From the NCBI GenBank assembly GCA_944358865.1, contig CALVRV010000003.1, positions 18,843 through 82,842 of the forward strand: DNA of 64,000 nucleotides, read 5' to 3'. Below are positions 1-12,340 of the stretch, one piece after another. Source of the DNA: an uncultured Bacilli bacterium. Lineage in GTDB: Bacteria; Bacillota_I; Bacilli_A; RFN20; CAG-826. Within the stretch, counting starts at the first letter, position 1. Each line of letters starts with the position of its first letter. The notes below the pieces were generated by a model, which was given only the letters and a program-made list of their open reading frames with translations, was not told the origin of the DNA and did not search any database. Position numbers and translations under genes: made by a program.

Positions 1-1100
1 AAGAAAGTTAATGACATACCTTTTAAAATTGTCTTTTGTGAAAAATATCTTTTAAAGGCGACAACACGTTTTCCTCTTAAATATGAATACATAGTTATAA
101 TAATTAAAAACGCAGTTGTAACTTTAATACCGCCACCAGTGGATAATGGTGCCGCACCGACAAACATTAATAAACATGATAAAATTTTACCCGCGACAGA
201 TAATGAGGCTTGATCATAATTAGCAAATCCAGCCGTTCTTAATGTCACGCTTTGAAATAATGCTTGCATAAAAGTCATTGGATTATCTTGTTTTAAACCA
301 TCTGTTAACATAAATAATCCCGCGCCACCAAAAATTAAAATTGTTGTCATAATTAAAACAATCTTTGTAAAAACCGTATATTGTTTTGGATTTTTAAATG
401 TAAACACTTCTATTACAACAACAAATGAAATACCACCACAGACAATAAGAGCCATATTTAAAATGCATAAATAATTCCAAGCCCAGTCAGGCATAAGAAG
501 CAATAAAGACCCTTCAGCAGCGGTTTCTCTAACTAATGATGTTGTGCTAAACATGTCAAAACCTGCGTTATTATAGCTTGAAATAGAATTAAAAATAGAA
601 GCCCATATAACGTCTAATGGATTTTCATATATTGTCATAAAGACAGGAATTGAAAGCAAAAACCCTGCAAATTCAAAACAAAAAGCAATTAAAATGACTC
701 TTCTTACAAATCTTGCTAATTGTCCCATTGATTCAGCACCAACAATTTGGCTTAAAGAAAAACGATCTTTAAATTGTAATTTCTTTTTAAATAAAGTGAT
801 GATGAAGGCTAAAATTGTAATAAAAGATAAGCCACCAACTTGTATACAAATAATAACAACTAATTGACCAAAAAAAGTTAAATCTCCAACAACACCATTT
901 TTAAGAGAAACAAGTCCCGTCACACAAGTGGCGCTTGTTGAAGTAAATAAAGCATCAACAAAATCTCCCCATTGGCCAGATGTCTGGGCAAATGGAGTTG
1001 TTAAGAAAAAAGCGCCTATCATAATCACTAAGAAAAATGAAATGATAGACAACAGAAACGGTGAGATATGCACTTTATTTTTAAAATCTTGAAATGTCAC
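1..1100 (-). CDS. ktrB: TrkH/KtrB-family K+ uptake membrane subunit; the C-terminus runs off the window start
   Basis: Not in the ORF track because it is open at the window edge. My minus-strand translation from GTG at 1100-1098 (GAGGT 5 nt upstream) reads MTFQDFKNKVHISPFLLSII... It has four pore-loop signatures: TSATCVTGL, SSYNNAGFD, TLRTAGFA and STGGGIKVTT. There is no stop down to position 1. Confidence 0.8.
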   Translation of the reverse strand, partial: MTFQDFKNKVHISPFLLSIISFFLVIMIGAFFLTTPFAQTSGQWGDFVDALFTSTSATCVTGLVSLKNGVVGDLTFFGQLVVIICIQVGGLSFITILAFIITLFKKKLQFKDRFSLSQIVGAESMGQLARFVRRVILIAFCFEFAGFLLSIPVFMTIYENPLDVIWASIFNSISSYNNAGFDMFSTTSLVRETAAEGSLLLLMPDWAWNYLCILNMALIVCGGISFVVVIEVFTFKNPKQYTVFTKIVLIMTTILIFGGAGLFMLTDGLKQDNPMTFMQALFQSVTLRTAGFANYDQASLSVAGKILSCLLMFVGAAPLSTGGGIKVTTAFLIIITMYSYLRGKRVVAFKRYFSQKTILKGMSLTF

Positions 1101-1227
1101 ACAATACCTCTTTCAATGTGATTATGATATATAAAAAAGTCATAAAGTGCAATGTTTTTATTTAAAATTTATAAATAAAATGTAACAATTTTTTAGTTGA
1201 TTAAATGTACATTTTTTAAATTCTGTA

Positions 1228-1256
1228 TTTACAAAATATTTACACTTTGGTATTAT
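1228..1256 (+). promoter_or_regulatory. sigma-70-type promoter for rplK-rplA, with an extended -10
   Basis: TTTACA at 1228-1233, a 17-nt spacer, TG at 1248-1249 and TATTAT at 1251-1256. About 100 nt of untranslated leader follows, which is the expected place for L1 autoregulation. I did not verify any structure there. Confidence 0.5.
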
Positions 1257-1359
1257 ATCAAAGCATATCGTGTTTCGCACGCGTGTATGCGTATGGTGGT
1301 AGGGCATTGTGATTTTACCCAATTCCCACTACACGAACATCTATAAGGAGGAAAGTCTC

Positions 1360-1770
1360 GTGAGCAAAAAAATCGCTAAAGTAGTGAAAATGGAACTCCC
1401 TGGTGGCGATGCTAAACCAGGTCCAAAACTTGCATCTGCTGGCGTTGTCATGCCTAAATTCTGTACAGATTTTAACGCTAAGACCGCTGATAGACGTGGT
1501 GAAATCGTTCCTGTTATCATCACTGCTTATGAAGACAAGACATTTAGTTTTGTCATCAAGACCTCCCCTGTTGCGGGTCTTATCTTAAAAGCAGCAGGAG
1601 TAGAAAAAGGCTCTGGCAATTCAAAAAATATTGTTGGTCACATTTCTAAAGAAGACCTAAGAAAAATTGCTGAGTACAAATTACCAGATCTTAACTGCCA
1701 TGATGTTGAAGCTGCAATGCGTATAGTCGCTGGTAGCTGCCGTAACATGGGCATTAAGGTTGATGATTAA
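1360..1770 (+). CDS. rplK: 50S ribosomal protein L11
   Basis: [29 protein letters not shown] matches the L11 N-terminus. The GTG at 1360 has AAGGAGG about 8 nt upstream. The track start at 1309 is an in-frame upstream GTG without an RBS. Confidence 0.95.
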   Translation: MSKKIAKVVKMELPGGDAKPGPKLASAGVVMPKFCTDFNAKTADRRGEIVPVIITAYEDKTFSFVIKTSPVAGLILKAAGVEKGSGNSKNIVGHISKEDLRKIAEYKLPDLNCHDVEAAMRIVAGSCRNMGIKVDD

Positions 1771-1783
1771 GGAGGAGACAAAC

Positions 1784-2473
1784 ATGCATAGAAGTAAAAA
1801 ATATCGTGAAGTTAGTCAACTCGTTGATCATAGCAAGTTATATAGCTTACAAGAAGCTTGTGAACTTGTTAAAAAAACATCCACAACTAAATTTGATGCT
1901 TCTGTTGGTATTTCATTAAAACTTAATGTCGATATGAAACAAGCTGATCAACAAGTTCGTGGAACATTAATTTTACCTAACGGCAATGGTAAAACAAAAC
2001 GTGTCTTAGCAATCACAAACAAAGTAGAAGAAGCAACTAAAGCAGGCGCTGACTATGTTGGTGGTAAAGAGATGTTAGAAAAAATCAAAAACGAAAACTG
2101 GTTCGATTATGATGTTATCGTTGCTACACCCGATATGATGGGTGAATTAGGTAAAATGGGTCGTTTACTTGGTCCAAAAGGCTTAATGCCAAATCCAAAA
2201 ACTGGTACTGTAAGTAACGATATTGCAAAAGCTATCAGCGAAATTAAAGCTGGTAAAGTTGAATACCGTTGTGACCGTGATGGTAATATGCATATCGCTT
2301 TTGCAAAAGTCTCATTTGATGTAGACAAAATGGTTGAAAACTTACAAACTATTGTCTCAACAATTGTAAGAGTTCGCCCAGCCGCGGTCAAAGGTGTCTA
2401 TCTAAGTAATGCAGTCATCCATTCTACAATGGGTCCTGGCATTAAAATTACATTTGATGGATTAGGTAGATAA
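1784..2473 (+). CDS. rplA: 50S ribosomal protein L1
   Basis: [25 protein letters not shown] is the typical L1 N-terminus. GGAGGAG lies 6 nt upstream of the ATG at 1784. The track start at 1760 overlaps the rplK stop. Confidence 0.95.
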   Translation: MHRSKKYREVSQLVDHSKLYSLQEACELVKKTSTTKFDASVGISLKLNVDMKQADQQVRGTLILPNGNGKTKRVLAITNKVEEATKAGADYVGGKEMLEKIKNENWFDYDVIVATPDMMGELGKMGRLLGPKGLMPNPKTGTVSNDIAKAISEIKAGKVEYRCDRDGNMHIAFAKVSFDVDKMVENLQTIVSTIVRVRPAAVKGVYLSNAVIHSTMGPGIKITFDGLGR

Positions 2474-2615
2474 CCAAGTCTAAATAAGAGTTCAATATAC
2501 CAAAGACAGTAACGGCATATGCTTAATTATGTTACCGAGGTAGAAATATAAATTAAATTTCTCCTTAACAATGTATATTGGAACCTCAAAAAAGTTTAAA
2601 AAAGGAGGTAAAACG
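2474..2615 (+). promoter_or_regulatory. probable L10(L12)4 autoregulatory leader upstream of rplJ
   Basis: This 142-nt gap sits in the position where Firmicutes carry the L10 leader. It contains hairpins GTAAC...GTTAC (about 2509-2538) and AGAAAT...ATTTCT (about 2542-2565). No covariance model was run. Confidence 0.4.
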
Positions 2616-3101
2616 ATGAATCAAGCAACTTTAGATGCAAAAAGACAAGTAGTGGATTCTCTTGTTAGTAGATTAAACGAAGCTAAAACTACCGTGGTTT
2701 GTGAATATCGTGGTTTGACTGTCAATCAATTAGAAGATTTAAGAAAACAACTTCGTGAAACAGATTCTGCATTCGCTGTATATAAAAATTCCATGGTTGC
2801 TCGCGCTTTAAAAGAAATTGGTAAAGACGATTTAGCTGAGCTAATGACTGGACCTAATGCCGTGATTTTCTCTTCAGATGTTATCGCTGGCGCTAAAGTC
2901 GCAGCCAAATTTGCAAAAAGAAATGATAATCTCGTTTTAAAAGGCGGTTTAGTTGAAGGCCGCGTCGTTGATGCGAAAGGCATCAAAGAGATTGCAAACC
3001 TTCCAGGAAGAGAAGGTCTCATCTCAATGTTCTTATCGTGCTTACAAGCACCTGTTCGTTCATTTGCGTGTGCTGTTAAGGCCATAGCAGAAAAAAACTA
3101 A
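2616..3101 (+). CDS. rplJ: 50S ribosomal protein L10
   Basis: [20 protein letters not shown]... is preceded by AAGGAGG. The product sits between L1 and L7/L12. Confidence 0.93.
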   Translation: MNQATLDAKRQVVDSLVSRLNEAKTTVVCEYRGLTVNQLEDLRKQLRETDSAFAVYKNSMVARALKEIGKDDLAELMTGPNAVIFSSDVIAGAKVAAKFAKRNDNLVLKGGLVEGRVVDAKGIKEIANLPGREGLISMFLSCLQAPVRSFACAVKAIAEKN

Positions 3102-3120
3102 GCCAAAGGAGGAAATTAAA

Positions 3121-3495
3121 ATGGCAAAATTAACAATCGAAGAAATCGTTGCTTCATTAGAAGAAATGACCGTATTAGAATTAAATGATTTAGTAAAAGC
3201 AGTTGAAGAAAAATTTGGTGTCAGCGCTGCTGCTCCTGTTGCAGTTGCTGCTGCTCCAGCTGAAGAAGAAGCTGCAAAAGGACCAACCGAAGTTTCTTTA
3301 ATCTTAAAATCTGTTGGTGCTAGTAAAGTTGGTGTTATTAAAGCAGTTCAAGCTATTACTGGTTTAGGTTTGATGGATGCTAAAAAATTAGTTGATGGCG
3401 CTCCAGCACCTATTAAAGAACACATTTCTCCAGTCGAAGCTGAAGAACACAAAAAAGCTCTCGTCGCCGCTGGTGCCGAAGTTGAAATTAAATAA
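3121..3495 (+). CDS. rplL: 50S ribosomal protein L7/L12
   Basis: Ala-rich hinge [15 protein letters not shown] followed by the C-terminal domain [15 protein letters not shown]...AAGAEVEIK. Confidence 0.97.
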   Translation: MAKLTIEEIVASLEEMTVLELNDLVKAVEEKFGVSAAAPVAVAAAPAEEEAAKGPTEVSLILKSVGASKVGVIKAVQAITGLGLMDAKKLVDGAPAPIKEHISPVEAEEHKKALVAAGAEVEIK

Positions 3496-3515
3496 GTTTA
3501 ATTACAATAATTTCT

Positions 3516-4145
3516 ATGTCCCATTATTTTGAAAACGATAATACATTGATATCAAAAAAACGAATTATTGATTTTCAAATAGGGAATAAGACATTACACT
3601 TTATCTCTGATAATGGTGTATTTTGTAAGAATTATATTGATGAAGGGACAAGGGTGCTTATAAACACTCTTGTCTCTTATCAAATAAAAGGCAATGTTCT
3701 TGATTTAGGCTGCGGCTATGGTGTTATTGGTTTGACACTTGCTATATTTAATGAAGCAATTAATGTCACATTGGCTGATGTTAATCAAAGAGCAATCAGT
3801 TTATGTCAAGAAAATATCGTTAACTTAAAATTAGAAAATCGTGCGAAATGTTTAATATCTAATGTTTATGAAAATATTGATGAAATATTTGATAACATTG
3901 TTATTAATCCTCCTATACGCGCGGGTAAACAAATTACTTATTCTATGTATTTAGGTGCGTATGAACACTTAAATATAAATGGAAATTTATTTATTGTAAT
4001 TAGAAAAGCTCAAGGTGCGGCAAGTGCTTTTAAATATTTAGAAAGCCTATTTGAAAGCGTTTGCATACTTGATAAACATAAAGGCTATTGGATTATCCAA
4101 GCCAAAAAATTAATAAAGGAGCCTGCTGATGTCAAAAGAAAATAA
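3516..4145 (+). CDS. class I SAM-dependent methyltransferase, YbxB/RsmC-like (MTS family)
   Basis: Motifs [13 protein letters not shown] (SAM motif I), NPPIRAGK and [10 protein letters not shown]. It occupies the same rplL-rpoB position as B. subtilis ybxB. Confidence 0.85.
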   Translation: MSHYFENDNTLISKKRIIDFQIGNKTLHFISDNGVFCKNYIDEGTRVLINTLVSYQIKGNVLDLGCGYGVIGLTLAIFNEAINVTLADVNQRAISLCQENIVNLKLENRAKCLISNVYENIDEIFDNIVINPPIRAGKQITYSMYLGAYEHLNINGNLFIVIRKAQGAASAFKYLESLFESVCILDKHKGYWIIQAKKLIKEPADVKRK

Positions 4146-7100
4146 AATTAGAGATATAAAATCGTTACGTACTTTAAATAATGGACGTGTCGACTACAGC
4201 AAAATTTCTGGTAGTCTTCCTTTACCTAATCTTGTCGAAATTCAAACAAGATCTTATGAAGAATTTAAACAAAAAGGTCTAGATGAAGTTTTTAAAGAAA
4301 TTTTCCCAATTAGTAATTACACTGATACATTAGAAATTAGTTATGTAAATGTTGAATTAGGCGAACCAAAACATTCTTTTTTAGAATGTAAGACACGTGA
4401 TTTAAATTATTGTGTTCCAATGCATGTTTGGTTACGTTTAATCAATAAACAAATTGGTGTTATTCAAGAAACAAAAATATATATGGGTGAATTACCATTG
4501 ATGACAAATTCTGGTACATTTATCATTAATGGTGCTGAAAGAGTTATTGTCAGCCAATTAGTTCGTTCTCCTGGTGCATATATGTCAAAAACAAGAGACG
4601 AAAAATCTGGCAAAATACTTTATGAAGCAGATTTAATTCCAGGTCGTGGTACTTGGTTAGAATTTGAAAGCGATCAAAAAGATATTTTAAATGTTCGTAT
4701 CGATCGTCAAAGAAAAATGAATGTTGGTACTTTTTTAAAGGCTATTGGTCTTGAAAAAGAAAATGATATTTATAAATTATTTGGTAAGTCTCCACTTCTT
4801 GTTAATACATTAAAGAAAAATGTTGATATTTCTGAAAATGGTGAAGTTGGTGAAGAGACTTTAAGAAAATTAAATTATTCAGTTAGCCAAGCCGCTTTAG
4901 TGGATATTTTTAGAAAATTAAAACCTGGCGAACCTGTTACTCAAGAATCTATTTTAAATTTCTTAATTCAAAAATTCTTTGATGATAGAAGATATGATTT
5001 AGGTAGAGCAGGTCGCTATAAATTTAATATTAAATTAGGTGTTTATAATCGTTTAGTAAACGCTATACTTGCTGAAGATTTACAAAATAATGACGGTGAA
5101 ATTATTTTTAGAAAAGGACATAAACTTAGCGAAGCCGAAGTTGATTATTTAAAAGATTTAGAATTTTTTGAAAAATCTAGTGAATATACAAAAACCATTA
5201 AAGTTAACACTAATCTTGATACCCATTCCACTGTTAACATTGTTAAAGTATACACTAATGATAAAAAAGACAATGTTGTCAATGTTATTGGTACTGATTT
5301 AAATGAAACTTTATCAAGAGTCACTATTGCTGATATGATCGCTACTTTTTCATATTTTATGAATATCCAAGATGGTATTGGTGTTTTTGATGACATCGAC
5401 CATTTAGGCAATAGACGTGTTAGATGTGTTGGTGAATTAATTCAAAATCAATTTAGAGTGGGTTTGTCTAAAATGGCAAAATCTGTCACTCAAAAAATGT
5501 CTACAACAAATATTGATGAAGCAACACTTAAAAAATTAATTAATATTCGTCCATTAACTAGTTCCATTCGTGAATTTTTTGCACAAAGCCAATTATCACA
5601 ATTTATGGATCAAGTTAATCCTCTAGCGGAATTAACAAATAAAAGACGTCTATCTGCTTTAGGTCCTGGTGGTTTAACTCGTGATCGTGCTTCTACTGAA
5701 GTTCGTGACGTTCACTTCTCTCATTATGGACGTATTTGTCCTATTGAAACTCCAGAAGGTCAAAACATTGGTTTAATTAATAATTTAGCGACTTACGCTA
5801 AAGTTAATCCTTATGGATTTATTGAAACTCCATATCGTCGTGTTGAACATCGTGATGGAAAGGCTTTCGTCCTTGACGGTGAAGACAATACAGAATATTT
5901 AGATGCAATGTCTGAATTTGAATTAGTTATTGCTGAAGCTAATATTAATTTATCTAGCGAAGGCGAAATTTTAGATAATGAAGTTATTGCTAGATTTAAA
6001 GGCGAAAACATTATCGCTAATAAGATGGATGTTGATTATGTTGACGTTTCTCCAAAACAAATCGTCTCTATTGCTGCAGCGTGTATTCCATTCTTAGAAA
6101 ATGATGATACCACTCGTGCTTTAATGGGTGCAAACATGCAACGTCAAGCGCTTCCTTTATTAAGACCACACGCTCCATTTGTGGGAACTGGTATGGAAAA
6201 TCAAATTGCTCACGATTCTGGCTTAGCGGTTATTGCTAGCCATGATGGTGAAGTTATTTATAATGATTCATGCTGTATTAAAGTTAAAGAAGGTGATCAA
6301 GTTAGAACTTATCAACTTCAAAAATTTGAACCTTCTAACCAAGGCACTTGCATTAATCAACATTCAATTGTAAAGATTGGCGATCAAATTAAAAAAGGTC
6401 AAATTATCGCTGATGGTCCTGCTATGGAAAATGGTGATTTGGCTTTAGGTCAAAACGTTACAATTGCTTTTATGACATGGAATGGTTATAACTACGAAGA
6501 CGCAGTTATCATGTCAGAAAAATTAGTAAAAGATGATACTTATACTTCAATTCATATTGAAGAACATCAAATTGAATGCCGTGAAACTAAATTAGGTGAT
6601 GAAGAAATTACAAGAGATATTCCTAATGTTGGCGAAGAAGCTAAAACATATTTAGATGAAAGAGGCATTATTATTCCAGGCGCTGAAGTTAAAGAAGGCG
6701 ATATTTTAGTTGGTAAAGTTACTCCAAAAGGACAAACTGAACCTACACCTGAAGAAAAATTATTAATGGCTATTTTCTCTGATAAAACAAAAGAAGGAAA
6801 AGATGCTTCTTTACGTGTCCCACATGGTGGCAGCGGTATTGTTTTAGATGTTAAAGTATTTAAACGTAGTGAAGGTGCAGAACTTGCTCCTGGTGTAAAT
6901 GAAGTTGTTCGTGTTTACATCGTTCAAAAACGTAAAATTTCAGAAGGTGATAAGATGTCTGGAAGACACGGTAATAAAGGTGTTATTTCTAGAATCTTAC
7001 CTGTTGAAGATATGCCATTTTTACCTGATGGCACACCAATTGACATTATGTTAAATCCTTTAGGTGTTCCATCTCGTATGAATATTGGTCAAATATTAGA

Positions 7101-7770
7101 AGTTCATTTAGGTATGGCTCTTAAAAAACTAGGATACAAGATTGCTACACCTGTTTTTGATGGTATTACCAATGAAGAAATATTTGATTTAATGAAACAA
7201 GCTAATATGGATTTAGATGGAAAAACAGTCTTATATGATGGCCGTACTGGTGAAAGATTTGATGAAAGAATCACTGTTGGTGTCATGTATATGATTAAAT
7301 TAGTCCATATGGTTGATGATAAATTACACGCTCGTGCTACTGGTCCATATTCACTTGTCACACAACAACCTTTAGGTGGTAAAGCACAAAATGGTGGACA
7401 AAGATTTGGTGAAATGGAAGTCTGGGCTTTAGAAGCTTATGGTGCAGCGCACATTTTGCAAGAAATTCTTACTATTAAATCCGATGACCGTTATGGTAGA
7501 AGAAAGACTTATGAATGTATTATTCGTGGTCAAGAACTTCCAAAACCATCTATGCCTGAAGCATTTAGAGTCATGGTTAAAGAATTACAATCTCTTGCTC
7601 TTGATGTTCGTCTATATGATAGAAGCGGCGAACAAATTGATATGGACGCTGTTGCAAAAGAAGCAGAAAGAGCAACAAGAAAGTCTTCAGATTATTTAAA
7701 AAGACAAACAGACACTAGTGAAGTTGATACAAGCGAAGTATCACTAACAAGTGTTAGTGAAGAAAATTAA
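4129..7770 (+). CDS. rpoB: DNA-directed RNA polymerase beta subunit
   Basis: 1213 aa with [33 protein letters not shown] and SGRHGNKGV. Confidence 0.99.
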   Translation: MSKENKIRDIKSLRTLNNGRVDYSKISGSLPLPNLVEIQTRSYEEFKQKGLDEVFKEIFPISNYTDTLEISYVNVELGEPKHSFLECKTRDLNYCVPMHVWLRLINKQIGVIQETKIYMGELPLMTNSGTFIINGAERVIVSQLVRSPGAYMSKTRDEKSGKILYEADLIPGRGTWLEFESDQKDILNVRIDRQRKMNVGTFLKAIGLEKENDIYKLFGKSPLLVNTLKKNVDISENGEVGEETLRKLNYSVSQAALVDIFRKLKPGEPVTQESILNFLIQKFFDDRRYDLGRAGRYKFNIKLGVYNRLVNAILAEDLQNNDGEIIFRKGHKLSEAEVDYLKDLEFFEKSSEYTKTIKVNTNLDTHSTVNIVKVYTNDKKDNVVNVIGTDLNETLSRVTIADMIATFSYFMNIQDGIGVFDDIDHLGNRRVRCVGELIQNQFRVGLSKMAKSVTQKMSTTNIDEATLKKLINIRPLTSSIREFFAQSQLSQFMDQVNPLAELTNKRRLSALGPGGLTRDRASTEVRDVHFSHYGRICPIETPEGQNIGLINNLATYAKVNPYGFIETPYRRVEHRDGKAFVLDGEDNTEYLDAMSEFELVIAEANINLSSEGEILDNEVIARFKGENIIANKMDVDYVDVSPKQIVSIAAACIPFLENDDTTRALMGANMQRQALPLLRPHAPFVGTGMENQIAHDSGLAVIASHDGEVIYNDSCCIKVKEGDQVRTYQLQKFEPSNQGTCINQHSIVKIGDQIKKGQIIADGPAMENGDLALGQNVTIAFMTWNGYNYEDAVIMSEKLVKDDTYTSIHIEEHQIECRETKLGDEEITRDIPNVGEEAKTYLDERGIIIPGAEVKEGDILVGKVTPKGQTEPTPEEKLLMAIFSDKTKEGKDASLRVPHGGSGIVLDVKVFKRSEGAELAPGVNEVVRVYIVQKRKISEGDKMSGRHGNKGVISRILPVEDMPFLPDGTPIDIMLNPLGVPSRMNIGQILEVHLGMALKKLGYKIATPVFDGITNEEIFDLMKQANMDLDGKTVLYDGRTGERFDERITVGVMYMIKLVHMVDDKLHARATGPYSLVTQQPLGGKAQNGGQRFGEMEVWALEAYGAAHILQEILTIKSDDRYGRRKTYECIIRGQELPKPSMPEAFRVMVKELQSLALDVRLYDRSGEQIDMDAVAKEAERATRKSSDYLKRQTDTSEVDTSEVSLTSVSEEN

Positions 7771-7783
7771 GGAGGGATGATTC

Positions 7784-10700
7784 ATGTTTGATGTTAACAA
7801 AGATTTAGCCGCACTTAAAGTTGGTTTAGCCTCTCCAGAAGTTATTCGTAGTTGGTCTCATGGTGAAGTAACAAGACCTGAAACTATTAATTATCGTAGT
7901 CAAAAACCTGAAATGGGTGGTCTTTATTGTGAAAAGATTTTTGGTCCTAGTAAGGATTATGAATGCCACTGTGGCAAATATAAAAAGATCCGTTATGCTG
8001 GAATTGTCTGCGAAAAATGTGGTGTTGAAGTTACTACTAAAGAAGTTAGACGTGAAAGAATGGGTCACATTGAACTTGCCTCTCCATGTAGCCATATTTG
8101 GTATTTAAAAGGTATACCAAGTCGTATTGGACTTGTTTTAGATGAATCTCCTAAACATTTAGAAGAAGTTATTTATTTTGCTGGTCATATCGTTTTAGAA
8201 ACTGGTGCTTGTACCAGATTAAAAGTTGGCGAATTTATTGATGAGAAAAATGGTCGTGATATATTCATCCCAGTTTTAAATGAAATTTTAGATAGCGATT
8301 GGGGTTTAAAAGATAAATTAGATTCAAATGACGCTCAAAGAGCTAATGAATTAATTAATAAATTATCTAATCCTAATGAAGTATTTGATTTTGAAACTAC
8401 TGCTAAATTTATTTCTAAATTTACCATTGATCCATTAACTGGTAATGGTGCTGTCTTTGGTGAAGGTGCTGAAGCAATTAAAAAATTATTGCAAAGAATT
8501 GATTTAGAAGAAGAAGCAAGAAAAATCAAAGAAAATATTAAAACTGCGACTGAACAAAATAAAATTAAATTAATTAAAAGATTAGAAGTTATCGAAGATT
8601 TTATTAAATCTAACAATAAACCTGAATGGATGATTTTAGATGTTATTCCAGTTATTCCACCAGATTTAAGACCTATGCTTCAATTAGATGGAGGTCGTTT
8701 TGCAACTTCTGATTTAAATGATTTATATAGAAGAGTTATTTCTAGAAATACTCGTCTTAAAAAATTAATTGAAATGAGCGCACCTCAAGTTATCTTGATG
8801 AATGAAAAACGTATGCTTCAAGAAGCTGTGGACGCTTTAATTGATAATGGTAGAAGAAATAAACCAGTTCAAGGTTCTGGTGGTAGACCATTAAAATCTT
8901 TATCTTCTACTTTAAAAGGTAAACAAGGTCGTTTTAGACAAAATCTATTAGGTAAACGTGTTGACTATTCTGGTCGTAGTGTTATCGCTGTTGGACCATC
9001 TTTAAAAATGTATCAATGTGGTTTACCAAGAGAAATGGCTATTCAATTATTAAGACCTTATATTGCTCATGAATTGATGTTTACAAGAAATATTGCTACA
9101 TCACATAAACAAGCTGATAAAATTATTGATCGCTACGATGATGTTGTCTTTGATATTATCGAAGAAATCATTTCTAAACATCCAGTCTTATTAAATAGAG
9201 CGCCTACTTTACATAGATTAGGTATTCAAGCTTTCCAACCAATTTTAGTTGATGGTAGAGCTATCCGTTTACACCCATTAGTCTGTACTGGATTTAACGC
9301 TGACTTTGATGGTGACCAAATGGCAGTTCACGTTCCATTATCTAAAGAAGCTCAAGAAGAAGCTATTGATTTAATGTTAGCAAGTAATAATATTTTAGGA
9401 CCTAAAGATGGAAAACCAATCGTTACTCCTTCTCAAGACATGGTCTTAGGTAATTATTATTTAACATTAGAAGAAACTAAAGAAGAATTCTTACACACTG
9501 CCTCTATTTTAAGAGATACAGGTGATGAAGAAGAAGCTTTAAAATATGAATTATATGCTGCAAGCGAAGGTAAATTATTTAAAACAGTTAATGATGTTTT
9601 AAAAGCATATAATTTAAAACAAATTCACTTACACAATCGTATTGCTATCTTAGGTAGTGCTTTATTAAAAGAAGATTTTGATGATTATATGAATTCATCA
9701 TATTTATTAACTAGTGTTGGTAAAATTATTTTCAACTTAATTTTCCCTGCTGATTTCCCATATTTAAATTTAGTTAATGACGCAAATCTTCATGGAAATA
9801 AGGAATTTTTAAAACAATTCTTTGTTCCAAAAGGTACAAATATTAAAGAAGCAATTGCTAAAATGCCTATCCATCGTCCATTTAAAAAGAAGGATTTAGG
9901 TACAATTATTAATGAAATATTTATTAGATATGGCACAAAGAAAACTTCTGCTGTTCTAGATAAATTAAAAGACCAAGGCTTTATGTATGCGACATATGCA
10001 GGTATTACTGTATCTTTAGCAGATATTCGTATTGTTGAAGGCAAAGATGAAATGATCGCTAAAGGTGATGATGCTGTTCGTAAAGTTAATGATATGTTTG
10101 ATAATGGTTTATTAACTGATCAAGAAAGACATAAACAAGTAGTTGATATTTGGAATGATGTCCTTGATGATGTTAAAGCCAAATTAACCAAACAATTTGA
10201 AGAAGATGAAAGAAATCCATTGTTTATGATGTCAGATAGTGGCGCTCGTGGTAACATCTCAAACTTCGTCCAATTAGCGGGTATGAGAGGACTTATGGGT
10301 AACACATCTGGTGAAACAATCGAATTACCTGTCAAATCTTGTTTCCGTGAAGGTATGAGCGTTGCAGAATTCTTTATTGCAACTCACGGTGCAAGAAAAG
10401 GTGGTGCAGATACTGCTTTAAAAACTGCTGACTCTGGTTATTTAACTAGACGTTTAGTTGACGTTAGCCATGATGTCATTGTTAGAGAAGAAGATTGTCA
10501 CACTGATCATGGTTTTGAAGTATCTGAAATCATTGATAGCGCTAGAAACGCTGTTATTGTTAAATTATATGATCGTTTAGTTGGACGTTATGCTCTAAAC
10601 GATATAATTAATCCTCAAACAGGAGAAATTATTGTTAAAGGCAACACTATGATTGATGAGGAGCATGCTGAACAAATCGTTGATGCTGGTATTACTCATG

Positions 10701-11746
10701 TTATGATTCGTAGTTTATTTGGCTGCGAAACAAAAGATGGTGTCTGTGCTCACTGTTATGGTAGAAATTTGGCTACTGGTGAAAAAGTTGAAGTTGGTGA
10801 AGCAGTTGGTGTTATGGCTGCACAATCAATTGGTGAACCTGGTACTCAATTAACGATGAGAACATTCCATACTGGCGGTGTTGCTGGTAGCGATATTACT
10901 CAAGGTTTACCAAGAGTCCAAGAATTATTTGAAGCTCGTCGACCAAAAGGTGAAGCCACAATTTCTAAGATTTCTGGTAAAGTTATCGATATTAGTGAAG
11001 AAAATGGTCGTTATAAAGTTATTGTTCAAAATGACCTTGAATCACAAGAATATCTCACCAATTATGGCGCTAGATTAAGAGTCAAAAAAGGTGATATGGT
11101 TAAAAATGGTGGCAAGATTACTGAAGGTGCTATTTCACCAAAAGAATTACTCGCTTGCAGTGATCCTACTACTGTTGAAAAATATATCTTAAAAGAAGTT
11201 CAAAAAGTTTATTCTTTACAAGGTATTTCTATTTCTGATAAACATATTGAAGTTATTATTCGCCAAATGTTATCAAAAGGCTATGTTGCGGATGCTGGTG
11301 ATACCGATTTATTAAGTGGTGTTAATGCCGATATTAAAGATATTACTGCCGCAAATAAACAAGCCTTTAAAGAAGGTAAAAATCCTGCTGTATTCTATCC
11401 AATAATCTTTGGTATTAGAAAGATTGCTCTAGAAAGCGAATCCTTCTTATCTGCTGCAAGTTTCCAAGAAACAACACGTATTCTTACTGACGCCGCTATT
11501 AAAGGTAAACTCGACCCATTACATGGTCTTAAAGAAAATGTCATTACAGGTAAATTAATTCCTGCTGGTCGTGGTTTATTAAGCGATGAAGAAGAATATG
11601 AAATTTTAAAAGATTTCACTGTTGAAGATGCTATGGCTAAAGTTAAAGACCAATACATTGAAGCACACGATCGCGCTATTCAAGAAATGGAAAATAAATT
11701 AGCCTTAAAAGAACAACAAGAATCTTCATATTTTGAAAACAAATAA
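7784..11746 (+). CDS. rpoC: DNA-directed RNA polymerase beta-prime subunit
   Basis: 1320 aa with the zinc motif [23 protein letters not shown], the catalytic [12 protein letters not shown] and [15 protein letters not shown]. Confidence 0.99.
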   Translation: MFDVNKDLAALKVGLASPEVIRSWSHGEVTRPETINYRSQKPEMGGLYCEKIFGPSKDYECHCGKYKKIRYAGIVCEKCGVEVTTKEVRRERMGHIELASPCSHIWYLKGIPSRIGLVLDESPKHLEEVIYFAGHIVLETGACTRLKVGEFIDEKNGRDIFIPVLNEILDSDWGLKDKLDSNDAQRANELINKLSNPNEVFDFETTAKFISKFTIDPLTGNGAVFGEGAEAIKKLLQRIDLEEEARKIKENIKTATEQNKIKLIKRLEVIEDFIKSNNKPEWMILDVIPVIPPDLRPMLQLDGGRFATSDLNDLYRRVISRNTRLKKLIEMSAPQVILMNEKRMLQEAVDALIDNGRRNKPVQGSGGRPLKSLSSTLKGKQGRFRQNLLGKRVDYSGRSVIAVGPSLKMYQCGLPREMAIQLLRPYIAHELMFTRNIATSHKQADKIIDRYDDVVFDIIEEIISKHPVLLNRAPTLHRLGIQAFQPILVDGRAIRLHPLVCTGFNADFDGDQMAVHVPLSKEAQEEAIDLMLASNNILGPKDGKPIVTPSQDMVLGNYYLTLEETKEEFLHTASILRDTGDEEEALKYELYAASEGKLFKTVNDVLKAYNLKQIHLHNRIAILGSALLKEDFDDYMNSSYLLTSVGKIIFNLIFPADFPYLNLVNDANLHGNKEFLKQFFVPKGTNIKEAIAKMPIHRPFKKKDLGTIINEIFIRYGTKKTSAVLDKLKDQGFMYATYAGITVSLADIRIVEGKDEMIAKGDDAVRKVNDMFDNGLLTDQERHKQVVDIWNDVLDDVKAKLTKQFEEDERNPLFMMSDSGARGNISNFVQLAGMRGLMGNTSGETIELPVKSCFREGMSVAEFFIATHGARKGGADTALKTADSGYLTRRLVDVSHDVIVREEDCHTDHGFEVSEIIDSARNAVIVKLYDRLVGRYALNDIINPQTGEIIVKGNTMIDEEHAEQIVDAGITHVMIRSLFGCETKDGVCAHCYGRNLATGEKVEVGEAVGVMAAQSIGEPGTQLTMRTFHTGGVAGSDITQGLPRVQELFEARRPKGEATISKISGKVIDISEENGRYKVIVQNDLESQEYLTNYGARLRVKKGDMVKNGGKITEGAISPKELLACSDPTTVEKYILKEVQKVYSLQGISISDKHIEVIIRQMLSKGYVADAGDTDLLSGVNADIKDITAANKQAFKEGKNPAVFYPIIFGIRKIALESESFLSAASFQETTRILTDAAIKGKLDPLHGLKENVITGKLIPAGRGLLSDEEEYEILKDFTVEDAMAKVKDQYIEAHDRAIQEMENKLALKEQQESSYFENK

Positions 11747-11779
11747 TAAATTAATCAATTTATTCAATCAAAATTAAAT

Positions 11780-11811
11780 GGCGTTAAAAAATCGGTTTTA
11801 ACGCCTTTTTT
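11780..11811 (+). terminator. rho-independent terminator after rpoC
   Basis: GGCGTTAAAA (11780-11789) pairs with TTTTAACGCC (11796-11805), followed by a T-run. Confidence 0.85.
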
Positions 11812-12248
11812 ATTTGAATATATTTTTAGATAAAAAATGAGATGTGATGCTAAAAATTATTAAATAAATATTAAATTTAACAAGATAAAAACATCTTAAA
11901 TTCAACATTTTTCAAAAAAATATAAATTATTTGTGATTTTTAAACGTTTTAAATAAGGCAATATTTAATTAAAAACTATTTTTATAAAATATTTTAAGCA
12001 TATAAACATATTGATAAGAAGAATTTTTAGTAATGTTTTAAATAATGATTCCTTTATTATTTAATCTTTCATAATTGAAAATAAATATGATTCAATATAT
12101 GATTTATCAAATCAAAATAATAAAATTTTATCTAATCAACTATATATATTTATAGCATCATTTTTATAAAATTAATGATTTGATAAATAATTTCAATTTG
12201 ATATGATAAAACAATAAAAATATATGACTAGTAGTAACAAAAATATAA

Positions 12249-12340
12249 TGATTTGATAAATTATGATTTGATAAATGAATTTATAAAATGAGTTGATAAA
12301 TGATTTCATAAATGATACGATAAAAATGAGGTGATAAACT
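12249..12340 (+). repeat. seven contiguous degenerate 12-15 nt direct repeats, consensus GAttTGATAAAT, ending at the start codon
   Basis: The units are tgatttgataaat / tatgatttgataaat / gaatttataaaat / gagttgataaat / gatttcataaat / gatacgataaaaat / gaggtgataaact, followed by the ATG at 12341. There are extra copies at 12175-12188 and 12203-12211, and an inverted copy at 12100-12113. Confidence 0.8.

Noticed and set aside
1309-1359. The longer N-terminal extensions offered by the ORF track for rplK (1309), rplA (1760), rplJ (2571), rpsL (17930), fusA (18921), PFOR (46026), rapZ (56129), whiA (56985), pgk (60104), the permease (34920) and the 690-aa protein (30902).
   Set aside because: In each case a downstream start has a proper Shine-Dalgarno or -10 context and reproduces the canonical family N-terminus. 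The extensions overlap upstream genes, terminators or leaders.
4129-11746. Many 60-95 aa antisense or alternate-frame ORFs inside rpoB and rpoC. Similar ones occur inside fusA, tuf, PFOR, uvrA, the ABC genes and pgk/tpiA.
   Set aside because: All are nested in long, motif-verified genes and lack RBSs. Their low-complexity Ile/Leu/Ser/Phe-rich translations are what AT-rich antisense sequence is expected to give.
12100-12340. Could the short repeat array be a CRISPR array?
   Set aside because: The units are only 12-15 nt, degenerate and directly abutting, with no unique spacers. There are no cas genes in the window.
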